From contig CAMYLJ010000017.1 of the NCBI GenBank assembly GCA_947259215.1, forward strand, positions 67,878-131,877: a stretch of 64,000 bases of DNA, written 5' to 3'. The position numbers were made by a program, and so were the translations under genes. Position 1 is the stretch's first letter; each line of letters begins with the position of its first letter. The stretch is from an uncultured delta proteobacterium. Its GTDB lineage: Bacteria; Myxococcota_A; UBA9160; JAFDET01. Positions 1 through 8,040 of the stretch are shown in pieces. A model generated the notes under the pieces. It saw nothing but the letters and a program-made list of their open reading frames with translations. It searched no databases and was not told the DNA's origin.

Positions 1-2
1 AG

Positions 3-935
3 CCCGGGTATCGGGGTCTGTGGCGCGATCCCTGGTTCCGCGCAGGCGCCGTGGTCGCCGGGGTGCTGTGCGTCGCTTGGCCGCTGATCCAGACCCTGCT
101 CTACGGCAGCGAGTACCTGGAGCGCTTCTTCGGGCAGCAGATCTGGCAGCGCTTCGTGCCGGGTCCGGCCACGGAGCGGCTGGCCGAGACGGGTCCCTGG
201 CGTTGGCTGCGCTGGCTGCTGGCCGACCGCATCGAGCCCGGGCGCGTGACCAGCGCGCTGGGGCGCGGACTCTCGCTGGTGTGGCTGGCGGGACTGGTGG
301 CCGTGGCGGCGGCGGTCTTCGCTCCGGGCGCGCGGCGCAGGCCGGCCCTCTTTGCGCTGGCCTGCTGGGTGTGCGTGGTGCTGGTCGTCTTCAGCGTGGC
401 CGGAGGCGCGATCTATCCGCGCTACCTCCTCGGCTTGCTGCCGATCCTCGCGATCCTGCTGGCGGCGGCGATCCTGCGGCTCGCGCCGCGTGCGGGCTGG
501 GGGCTCGCGGTCTGCGCGCTGCTGCTGGCGACGCGGCTACCGGCCCTGGCGCCCGTTCCCGAATGGACCCGCGGCGAGCCGGGTGCCTGGCCCGAGATCG
601 CCGCGCGCTTCCGGGCGGAGATCCTGCCCCACGAGACGCCTGTCTACCTGGCACCGCGGGACGACCCGGCGTTCGCGCGCCCGGCCTTCTTCGTCTACGC
701 GGACGTCGGACGTCCGGTGCTCGCGATCAGCGGGCTGCGCTGGAAGACCTTCCGCCGCCGCGCCGACGTCATGGGGCTCGAGCCGCCGTACTTCGGCCTG
801 GTGCGCGCCGACGGCATGGACTTCGTGCACACCCGCCTCGGCCCCGTGGTCGAGGTGGACCGGGTCGGGGACTTCGTGCTCTGGCGCCAGGTCGCGCCGG
901 CGCCCGGCGTCGCCGGGGCAGGGGAGGACCGCTAG
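3..935 (+). CDS. C-terminal part of a polytopic membrane protein whose start lies upstream of the window; possibly an ArnT/PMT-like glycosyltransferase tail
   Basis: The frame stays open back to nt 3 (PGYRGLWRDPWF...). Codons are GC3-rich. Several hydrophobic helices (LSLVWLAGLVAVAAAVF, ALACWVCVVLVVFSVAGG, LLGLLPILAILLAAAIL) precede a soluble tail. The family guess rests on architecture only. Confidence 0.5.
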   Translation, partial: PGYRGLWRDPWFRAGAVVAGVLCVAWPLIQTLLYGSEYLERFFGQQIWQRFVPGPATERLAETGPWRWLRWLLADRIEPGRVTSALGRGLSLVWLAGLVAVAAAVFAPGARRRPALFALACWVCVVLVVFSVAGGAIYPRYLLGLLPILAILLAAAILRLAPRAGWGLAVCALLLATRLPALAPVPEWTRGEPGAWPEIAARFRAEILPHETPVYLAPRDDPAFARPAFFVYADVGRPVLAISGLRWKTFRRRADVMGLEPPYFGLVRADGMDFVHTRLGPVVEVDRVGDFVLWRQVAPAPGVAGAGEDR

Positions 936-953
936 AATGCGCCGCCTTCCCCC

Positions 954-2210
954 ATGATTCCCTCTCCCGACCGTCTCTGCCGCCGCGCCGGCATCCGCAG
1001 CCTCGTTCCGCTGCTCGCGGGTCTGGCGTTGGCGGGTTGCGGCGGCGAGGAGCCCGTCGCCGTGGCACCCGGCGTGGAGGCGGCGCCCACCCTCGACGAC
1101 GGCGGCGCGGCGCGCCTGGCGGCGCTCGGCTACGTGGACTGGCGGGACGCTCCGGACCCCGAGAAGCGCGGCGTCACGATCCACGAGCCCGGCGCGGTTC
1201 CGGACGAGCTGCACCTCTACACCTCGCGCCCGCGGCGCTTCGCGCACCTCATCGATCGCTCCGGCGCGATCGTCCACGAATGGGCGATCCCGGAGGACCC
1301 GGTCTCGTGGCATCACGTGGAGCTCGCGCCCGGCGGCGATCTCTACGTCATCACGAAGGACACGGCGCTCACGCGCCTGGATTGGGATTCCAATCTGCGC
1401 TGGCGGCTGCCGCTGCCCGCCCACCACGATCTGGCCCTGGCCGGCGACGGCACGGCCTACGTGATCACGCGCCAGCGCCGCGAGATCGAGCACGCCGGTC
1501 GCACGATTCCCGTGGTGGACGACCGGATCGTGGAGGTGTCGCCGGACGGCGACGTGCGCCGCAGCGTCTCGCTCTTCGACCGGCTGCGGGATCGCGTCCC
1601 GTCGTCGCGCCTCGATGCCGTCGCCGCCCAGATCGCCGCCGGCACGAACCCGGACGAGCTCGGCCGGGATACGCCCGCGGACGTCTTCCACACGAACTCG
1701 ATCCAGCTCGTGCCCTGGGAAGGCGCGACCGGGCCCGCGGCGCTGCTCTCCGTGCGCGAGCTGAACCGGCTGGTGGTGCTGGACCTGGGCTCCGGCCAGG
1801 TGCTGTGGGAGTGGGGGGATCGGATCCTGGAAGCCCAGCACCACGCCACGCTCCAGCCGGACGGCACGATCCTGGTGTTCGACAACGGCATCGAGCGCGA
1901 GTGGAGCCGCATCCTGAGGCTGGATCCACGCAGCGGCTTCCACGAGACCGTCTACTCCGCGCGCGGCTTCTATTCGGAGCGGCGCGGCGGCGTGGAAGAG
2001 CTGCCCCGGGGCCACCTGCTCATCACCGAGTCGGCTCGCGGGCGGATCTTCGAGGTGGACGCCGACGGCCGCGTCCTGTGGGAGTTCTACAACCCGGACC
2101 TCACGACGTCGCGCAGCGGCAAGCGCAAGCGGGCCCCGGTCTACCGCATGACCCGGGTGGATCCGTCGCTCCTGCCGGCGCGCCTCGACGGCCCCGGTCC
2201 GGGCCGCTAG
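954..2210 (+). CDS. Lipoprotein of the arylsulfotransferase (ASST)-like beta-propeller family
   Basis: 418-aa ORF with a signal peptide and lipobox LALAGC. Motifs HHDLALAGDGTAYVI, FHTNSIQL and HHATLQPDGTILVFDNG recall ASST-type propellers. A TAGAAT -10-like box lies at 933-938. Confidence 0.6.
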   Translation: MIPSPDRLCRRAGIRSLVPLLAGLALAGCGGEEPVAVAPGVEAAPTLDDGGAARLAALGYVDWRDAPDPEKRGVTIHEPGAVPDELHLYTSRPRRFAHLIDRSGAIVHEWAIPEDPVSWHHVELAPGGDLYVITKDTALTRLDWDSNLRWRLPLPAHHDLALAGDGTAYVITRQRREIEHAGRTIPVVDDRIVEVSPDGDVRRSVSLFDRLRDRVPSSRLDAVAAQIAAGTNPDELGRDTPADVFHTNSIQLVPWEGATGPAALLSVRELNRLVVLDLGSGQVLWEWGDRILEAQHHATLQPDGTILVFDNGIEREWSRILRLDPRSGFHETVYSARGFYSERRGGVEELPRGHLLITESARGRIFEVDADGRVLWEFYNPDLTTSRSGKRKRAPVYRMTRVDPSLLPARLDGPGPGR

Positions 2211-2249
2211 CTTCGGCGCCGCCCGAGCCGGGCGAGGGAGGAGTCGGAC

Positions 2250-2384
2250 GTGGCTGAAGAGCGCGAGTCGCGGGGGAAGCTGGACGCGGTGTCGGTGGCG
2301 TACGTGCTGGGGGGCATCCCGGCCATGGCGTTGTTCTTCGTCGTCCTCTTCTTCTTCGCCCACGCCTGCGACATCCGCGCCTGA
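2250..2384 (+). CDS. Small single-pass membrane protein (44 aa), not in the supplied ORF track
   Basis: GTG start lies 6 nt after a strong SD (GGGAGGAG, 2236-2243). Translation is VAEERESRGKLDAVSVAYVLGGIPAMALFFVVLFFFAHACDIRA*. Codons are GC3-rich, and a stem-loop follows the stop directly. Confidence 0.45.
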   Translation: MAEERESRGKLDAVSVAYVLGGIPAMALFFVVLFFFAHACDIRA

Positions 2385-2402
2385 GCCCGGCTGCGGCCGG
2401 GC
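2385..2402 (+). terminator. GC-rich stem-loop immediately after the small ORF (gcccggc-tgcg-gccgggc)
   Basis: Perfect 7-bp stem with a 4-nt loop, read directly. There is no U-tract, so intrinsic-terminator function is uncertain. Confidence 0.3.
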
Positions 2403-2550
2403 TGCGCGCCGCCTGCCGCCTCGGGAGGGCGCAGGGGCGCCTTCCAGGTCCCGGCGCCGGGGCCGGAATCCCGCCCTGCGTATCTGTATTCCCTTTTGGT
2501 TTCAGTGACTTGCCTAAACTCGCTGGCCCGGTGCGCCGAATTTCAAGGCG

Positions 2551-3300
2551 ATGGGCCGGGGGATCACGACAGCGCTTCGCCGAGGAATCTTCGGCGTCGC
2601 GGCAGCCGCCGCGGTGGCGGGCTGCACCACGGGCCTGGCTCCGCAGAGCTACCGCTGGTTCGGGGCGCCCGATCCCCGCGACCCCTGGACCCCCAAGATC
2701 TCCGGCTGGCAATCGCGGGAGGCGCGGGTCGAGCGCGTCGAGTCCCTGCGGGCGCCCGCCTCCGTGTCCGGCTCCGCCGCGGGGCGCGCCGCCAGCCGGG
2801 CCAAGGCCACACCGGACCTGCGCGGCAAGTACGTGCGTTTTCGCAGCGAGCGCAAGCGCGTGCTCGCCCGCCAGGTGGCGAGCTGGATCCAGGACCAGGC
2901 GCGCAGCCACTACATCGAGGACGGGGCCATCGACCACTGGGCCACCCTCGAGGAGACCCTGGCGCGCAACGGGGACGACTGCGACGGGCTGGAGCTGCTC
3001 GTCTACCACGCGCTGCGCGACCTGGGCTTCGCCGGCGACGAGATCTACCGCGCGATCGTGTATCGCCCGGCCGATGGACAGCACCACATGGTGACCCTCT
3101 GGTTCGAAGACCGGGAGGATCCGTGGGTGATCGACCCGACCGGCGCCATGGTGCGCGGCATGCCGCGCATGTCCGACGTGCCGGGCTGGGTTCCGCTCAA
3201 GGTCTTCTCGGAGGATCGGGAGTTCACCGTGCGCCCGTCGTCCGGGCGCGGGATCTCCCTGGCCGCCCAGAGCCGCCCGGGCCACACGCCCCGGCGTTGA
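2551..3300 (+). CDS. Lipoprotein with a possible transglutaminase-like (papain-fold) cysteine peptidase core
   Basis: Lipobox AVAGC. NGDDCDGLELLVYHAL ... QHHMVTLWF ... VIDPTG gives a Cys/His/Asp order reminiscent of transglutaminase-like peptidases. The ORF is well supported; the function is weak. Confidence 0.55.
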   Translation: MGRGITTALRRGIFGVAAAAAVAGCTTGLAPQSYRWFGAPDPRDPWTPKISGWQSREARVERVESLRAPASVSGSAAGRAASRAKATPDLRGKYVRFRSERKRVLARQVASWIQDQARSHYIEDGAIDHWATLEETLARNGDDCDGLELLVYHALRDLGFAGDEIYRAIVYRPADGQHHMVTLWFEDREDPWVIDPTGAMVRGMPRMSDVPGWVPLKVFSEDREFTVRPSSGRGISLAAQSRPGHTPRR

Positions 3301-3333
3301 CGCACCGGGGCCCGGTTCCGATACTCGGCCCCC

Positions 3334-4356
3334 ATGCTCCCGTGTTCATGCCGACGCTCTCCCCGTGTGCTCGCGTTCCTGCTGCTCACCGCCGTGGCCT
3401 GCGGCGCCCAGCAGGAATCCGGGAGCGCCCCGGCCTCCCAGGACGCGTTCCGGGTCGCGCTGCTGACCCCGGGCTCGATCGCGGACGGGGGCTGGAACGC
3501 CTCCGCCTGGGACGGGCTCGAGCGCATCCAGAGCTCCCTCGGCGCCGAGATCTCCCACGTCGAGACCCGCACGCCGGCGGAGTTCGAGGACGGCTTCCGC
3601 GACTACGCGTCGCGGGGCTTCGACCTGGTCTTCGGCCACGGCTTCGAGTACCAGGAAGCCGCGGCGCGGGTCGCAGCCGAGTTCCCCGAGACCGTCTTCG
3701 TCACGACCTCCGGCAGTACCGTGCGCCCCAACGTGGCGCCGATGGTGTTCGAGCTGGAGCAGGCCACCTACCTGTGCGGACTGCTGGCGGCGCGCATGTC
3801 CCAGACGGGCAAGCTGGGCCTGATCGGGGGGATCGACCTGCCGTCGATCCGCAGCACGTTCACCGCCATGGCGGCCGGGGCCCGGCAGGGACGCCGCGAC
3901 ATCAAGCTGCGCGAGGTCTTCCTCGGCAACTTCGACGACGTGGCGGCGGCGCGCGAGGCGGCCCTGGCGCTGCTCGAGGAGGGCGCCGACTTCCTGCTGC
4001 ACCAGGCCAACGACGCCGGGCGCGGCGTGTTCCAGGCCGTCTCCGAGCGAGCCGCCGCGGGCGACACCGTCTACGCCTTCGGCACCAACCGCAACCAGAA
4101 CGAGATGGCGCCCGACGTGGTGCTCGCGTCCGCGGTGCTCGACGTGCCCGGGGCGTTCGAGCAGGTGGCTCGCCGCGTCCAGGAAGGGCGCTTCGAGGCC
4201 AAGATCATGCGCCTGGGGATGGCCGACGGCATCGTGGCGTTCGTCGTGAACCCGGAGCTCCAGGACCGCATCCCGCCCGAGATCGCCGAGGAGGTCGCGC
4301 GGGCCGAGGCGGAGATCCGGTCTGGGGAGCGCACGGTGCCGCGGGGCGACTTCTGA
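3334..4356 (+). CDS. BMP-family (Bmp/PnrA-like) ABC transporter substrate-binding lipoprotein
   Basis: Signal plus TAVAC lipobox. LLTPGSIADGGWNASAWDGL, GFDLVFGHGFEY and the downstream ATPase plus two permeases are typical of BMP/nucleoside-type uptake systems. Confidence 0.85.
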   Translation: MLPCSCRRSPRVLAFLLLTAVACGAQQESGSAPASQDAFRVALLTPGSIADGGWNASAWDGLERIQSSLGAEISHVETRTPAEFEDGFRDYASRGFDLVFGHGFEYQEAAARVAAEFPETVFVTTSGSTVRPNVAPMVFELEQATYLCGLLAARMSQTGKLGLIGGIDLPSIRSTFTAMAAGARQGRRDIKLREVFLGNFDDVAAAREAALALLEEGADFLLHQANDAGRGVFQAVSERAAAGDTVYAFGTNRNQNEMAPDVVLASAVLDVPGAFEQVARRVQEGRFEAKIMRLGMADGIVAFVVNPELQDRIPPEIAEEVARAEAEIRSGERTVPRGDF

Positions 4357-5870
4357 CGGCCGTCGCCGTCCGCCTGGAAGGCATCCGCAAATCGTTCGCC
4401 CGCGGGCGGCGTGCTCTCGACGGGGTCGACCTGGAGGTCCGCGCCGGCGAGGTCCACGCCCTGCTCGGCGAGAACGGCGCCGGCAAGAGCACCCTGATGA
4501 ACGTGCTGGTCGGCCTCGTGCGTCCCGACGGCGGACGGCTCGAGCTGAACGGCGTCCCGCTCGATCTCGCGCGCTGGTCGCCCGCGGCCGCGCTGCACGC
4601 CGGCGTCGGGATGGTGCACCAGCACTCGTCGCTGGTGCCCGCGCTCACCGCCGTCGAGAACCTGTCGTTCGGGGCGCTCGAGCGCGGCTGGCGCTATCGG
4701 CCCTCCCGCGAGCGGAAGCGCGTGGTCGCGCTGGCGGAGCGCTTCGGACTGGAGGCGCCCCTGGACGTGGCGGTCGACGACCTGTCGGTCGGTCAGCGCC
4801 AGCGCGTGGAGATCCTGAGGGCGGAGGCGCGCGGCGCCCGGGTGCTGGTGCTGGACGAGCCGACGGCGGCACTGACGCCGACGGAGACGCGCACGCTGTT
4901 TCCGGCCATCCGCCGCCTGGCGGCCGACGGGCGGGGCGTCGTCTTCATCTCCCACAAGCTCGACGAGATCCGCGACCTGGCGGATCGCGTGACCGTGCTG
5001 CGGCGCGGGCGCACGGTGGGGACGCTCGCCGTGGCGGAGGCGGACGCGGCGCTCCTCGGGCGCTGGATGCTCGGGCGGGACCTGCCCGCGCTCGCCCGGG
5101 AGGCCGCACCCGCCGCCGCGGCCGAGCCGCTGCTGGAGATCCGCGCGCTCTCGGCCCCGGGTCTGCGCGAGGCGAGCCGCCTGCGCGAGGTCGCACTCGA
5201 GGTGCGCCCGGGCGAGATCCTCGGAGTTGCGGGCATCGACGGCAACGGCCAGCGCGAGCTCGAGGAGGTGCTGGCCGGGGTGCGGGCGCCGAGCGCCGGC
5301 GAGCTGCGCGTCGGCGGCCGCCCCGTGGCCTTCGGCGCCCGGGCGCTGCGCACGGCCCGGGTCGCGCACCTGTCCGGCGAGCGCGAGACCGCCGGCCTCG
5401 TCCCCGGCATGAGCGCCTGCGAGAACTGGATCCTCAAGGGCTCCTACGACGACCGGCGCTTCTTCCGGCGCGGCCGGCTCGACCGGAGCGCGGCGCGCCG
5501 GGTGGTGGAGGCGGCATTGCACGAGTTCGACGTGCGGCCCGCCGATCCGGACGCGGACATCGCGACCCTGTCCGGGGGGAACGCCCAGAAGCTGGCCGTC
5601 GGCCGGGAGCTCGAGGGCGAGCCGCCGGTGCTGGTGGCGGTGAACCCCACCCGCGGGCTCGACGTGGGCTCGGCGCGCTTCGTGCACGAGCGCCTGCTCG
5701 CCCGGCGGGCAGCGGGGGGCGCCATCCTGCTGGTCTCGACGGAGCTCGACGAGGTGCTGGCGCTGGCGGACCGCACGGTCGCCCTGGTGCGCGGTCGCGT
5801 CGTCGCGATCCCCGAGGCTGCGGATCGCGCGCAGATCGGAGCGATCCTGCTCGGGCGGGAGGCCGCGTGA
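4353..5870 (+). CDS. ABC transporter ATP-binding protein with duplicated NBDs
   Basis: Walker A GENGAGKST, signature LSVGQRQRVEI, Walker B VLVLDEPT, and a second NBD (LSGGNAQKLAV, LLVSTELDE). The only candidate start next to the upstream stop is CTG 4353, so the start is uncertain. The upstream 1.8 kb of track ORF 2496..5870 is not coding in this frame. Confidence 0.85.
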   Translation: MTAVAVRLEGIRKSFARGRRALDGVDLEVRAGEVHALLGENGAGKSTLMNVLVGLVRPDGGRLELNGVPLDLARWSPAAALHAGVGMVHQHSSLVPALTAVENLSFGALERGWRYRPSRERKRVVALAERFGLEAPLDVAVDDLSVGQRQRVEILRAEARGARVLVLDEPTAALTPTETRTLFPAIRRLAADGRGVVFISHKLDEIRDLADRVTVLRRGRTVGTLAVAEADAALLGRWMLGRDLPALAREAAPAAAAEPLLEIRALSAPGLREASRLREVALEVRPGEILGVAGIDGNGQRELEEVLAGVRAPSAGELRVGGRPVAFGARALRTARVAHLSGERETAGLVPGMSACENWILKGSYDDRRFFRRGRLDRSAARRVVEAALHEFDVRPADPDADIATLSGGNAQKLAVGRELEGEPPVLVAVNPTRGLDVGSARFVHERLLARRAAGGAILLVSTELDEVLALADRTVALVRGRVVAIPEAADRAQIGAILLGREAA

Positions 5871-6925
5871 GGCTGCTGGTCCGGCTCCAGCCGGTGCTGG
5901 CGGCCCTGGGGGCCCTGGCGGTGGCGGCGGGCGTGCTGGTGGCATTCGGCTATCCGGCGCAGCCGGCGCTGCGTGCGCTGGTCGCGGGATCGCTGGGCGG
6001 CGCCGACGCCTGGGTGGCGACCCTGCTGAAGACGGGTCCGCTGCTGCTGGCAGGCCTGGCCGTGGCGCTCTCGTTCCGCTGCGGCGTCTGGAACATCGGC
6101 GCCGAGGGCCAGCTCTACGCCGGAGCGCTCGCCGCCACCTGGGTGGCCACGCGGGCGCTGCCGGGGGCGCCCGCGCTGCTGCTCGTCCCCCTCGTGGTCG
6201 TGGCCGCGGCGGGGGGCGGCCTGGTGTTTGGCGCGCTGGCCGGCGGGCTTCGTGCCGCCCGCGGCGTGAACGAGGTGATCTCGACCCTGATGCTGAACTT
6301 CGTGGCCATCCAGCTGGTGGCGTTGGCCGTGCACGGGCCGCTCCAGGAGCTGGCGGGCGCCTATCCCCAGAGCGACGCGCTGCCTGCGGCGGCGCGCCTC
6401 CCTGCCTGGGGGCGTCTGCACGCGGGCGTCGCGGCGGCGTTCGCGGCGGCGCTGGCCTGCCAGTGGCTCGTCTTCCGCACGCCGACGGGCTTCCGCCTGC
6501 GCGCCGTCGGCCTCTCGCCGCGTGCAGCGCGCTTCGCGGGGATCTCCCCGGAACGCTACGGCGTCCTCGCCCTGGCGCTGGCGGGCGGGCTGGCCGGTCT
6601 CGCCGGCGGCTTCGAGGTGGCGGGCGTGACGGGACGACTCTACGAGGGTCTCTCGCCGGGGCACGGCTACACGGCGATTGCTGTCGCGCTGCTGGCGCGC
6701 CTGCACCCGCTCGGTGTCATCCCGGCCGCGCTCTTCTTCGGTGCCCTCGAGGCCGGCGCCGGCGCCATGCAGCGACAGGCCGGAGTTCCGTCGGTCGCGA
6801 CCGAGATCGTGAAGGGCGTCGTGGTGCTGCTCTCGGTGGGCTTCGCGGTGGCCACGGGGGCGGCCGCGTCCGGCGCCGTGCCCGGCGCGGAAGACGACCC
6901 CGACGCCGCGACGGAGACCGCGTAG
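5867..6925 (+). CDS. ABC transporter permease (BMP-family system)
   Basis: GTGA start/stop overlap with the ATPase. Polytopic hydrophobic protein containing WNIGAEGQLYAGAL. Confidence 0.85.
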   Translation: MRLLVRLQPVLAALGALAVAAGVLVAFGYPAQPALRALVAGSLGGADAWVATLLKTGPLLLAGLAVALSFRCGVWNIGAEGQLYAGALAATWVATRALPGAPALLLVPLVVVAAAGGGLVFGALAGGLRAARGVNEVISTLMLNFVAIQLVALAVHGPLQELAGAYPQSDALPAAARLPAWGRLHAGVAAAFAAALACQWLVFRTPTGFRLRAVGLSPRAARFAGISPERYGVLALALAGGLAGLAGGFEVAGVTGRLYEGLSPGHGYTAIAVALLARLHPLGVIPAALFFGALEAGAGAMQRQAGVPSVATEIVKGVVVLLSVGFAVATGAAASGAVPGAEDDPDAATETA

Positions 6926-7833
6926 TGGAGGAGCTCCTCGCGGCCAGCCTGCGCCTCGGTGCCCCGCTGCTGCTGGCCGCGCTGGGCGAGCTGATCGTGG
7001 AGCGCGCGGGCGTCGTCAACATCGGGATCGAGGGCATGATGCTCGTGGGCGCCTTCGCCGCGTTCGCGGCGGCCGTCGCCACGGGCTCGCCCGGAATCGG
7101 GGTCGGCGCAGCCCTGGCGGCCGGTGCCGCCGTCGGATTGCTGTTCGCGGCCTTCGCGGTCGGCCGGCGCGCGGACCAGATCGTCGTCGGCATGGCGGTG
7201 AACCTGCTGGCCCTCGGCGCCACGGGGCTCGCCGCCCGGGCGCTCTACGCGGGCTCGATTCCGGAAGCTCCCCGCTGGGGCGAGCTCGCCATCCCCGGGC
7301 TCGCAGAGCTGCCCTGGCTGGGGCCGGTGCTCTTCGTCCAGACGCCGTTCGTGTACGTGGGGCTCGTGGGTGCGGCGGGCGTCGGCTGGTTCCTCACCCG
7401 CACCCGCCCGGGTCTGCGGCTGCGCGCCGTCGGCGAGGCCGCCCGGGCGGCGGACGCCGAGGGCGTTTCCGTGGCGCGGGTGCGGGTCGCCGCACTCGCG
7501 TTTGGCGGCGCACTGGCGGGGCTGGCCGGCGCCTCGCTCTCGGTCTCCCAGACGGGCACCTTCACCGAGGGCATGACGGCGGGCCGCGGCTTCATCGCCC
7601 TGGCGATCGTGATCTTCGGCCGCTGGCGCCCCGTCGGAGCGGCGGCCGCCGCGCTCTTCTTCGGCGCCACCACCGCACTCCAGTTCCGCCTGCAAGCCCG
7701 AGGCTACGCCGTCCCATACCCCGTCTTCCTGATGCTCCCCTACGTCGTCACCCTGGCCGTGTTGGCACTAGCCACTGGAGGCGGCCGCGCCCCCGCCGAC
7801 CTGGGCCGCCCCTACGCCCGCGAAGAACGCTGA
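6925..7833 (+). CDS. ABC transporter permease (second subunit)
   Basis: GTG 6925 overlaps the TAG stop of the previous permease by 1 nt. Contains VVNIGIEGMMLVGAF and is polytopic. Confidence 0.85.
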   Translation: MEELLAASLRLGAPLLLAALGELIVERAGVVNIGIEGMMLVGAFAAFAAAVATGSPGIGVGAALAAGAAVGLLFAAFAVGRRADQIVVGMAVNLLALGATGLAARALYAGSIPEAPRWGELAIPGLAELPWLGPVLFVQTPFVYVGLVGAAGVGWFLTRTRPGLRLRAVGEAARAADAEGVSVARVRVAALAFGGALAGLAGASLSVSQTGTFTEGMTAGRGFIALAIVIFGRWRPVGAAAAALFFGATTALQFRLQARGYAVPYPVFLMLPYVVTLAVLALATGGGRAPADLGRPYAREER

Positions 7834-8040
7834 GCCTCCGGGCCCGCGGCCCAACGAGACCGCCCCTTGCCGCAACCAGGGGAAACTGCGCCTCCGGAGG
7901 CCGCGGCCGCAAGCGCCGCGAAGCGGCGCGCGCAGCGAGCCGCAGGCGAGCGAAGGCCGAGCCGCGGGGCGAAGCCCCGCGAAGGCCAAGGATGAAAGCC
8001 GCCCGAGCCCCGCGGACCCTCCGGAGCCCCGCGGCCCCCG
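7834..8040. repeat. GC-rich modular intergenic repeat (copy A) made of short palindromes and GAA-loop hairpins
   Basis: Contains cctccggagg and ggccgcggcc (perfect palindromes), plus hairpins gccgc-gaa-gcggc and cggggc-gaa-gccccg. It shares the blocks cccgcggcc-(n2)-acgagaccgcccc and ccggagg-n-cgcggccgcaagc-hairpin-gcgcgcagcgag with 23687-24099. Confidence 0.7.

Noticed and set aside
7834-8040. The GC-rich repeats as a possible CRISPR array.
   Set aside because: There are no regularly spaced identical direct repeats with unique spacers. The units are short palindromes and hairpins in a mosaic order, and no cas genes are present.
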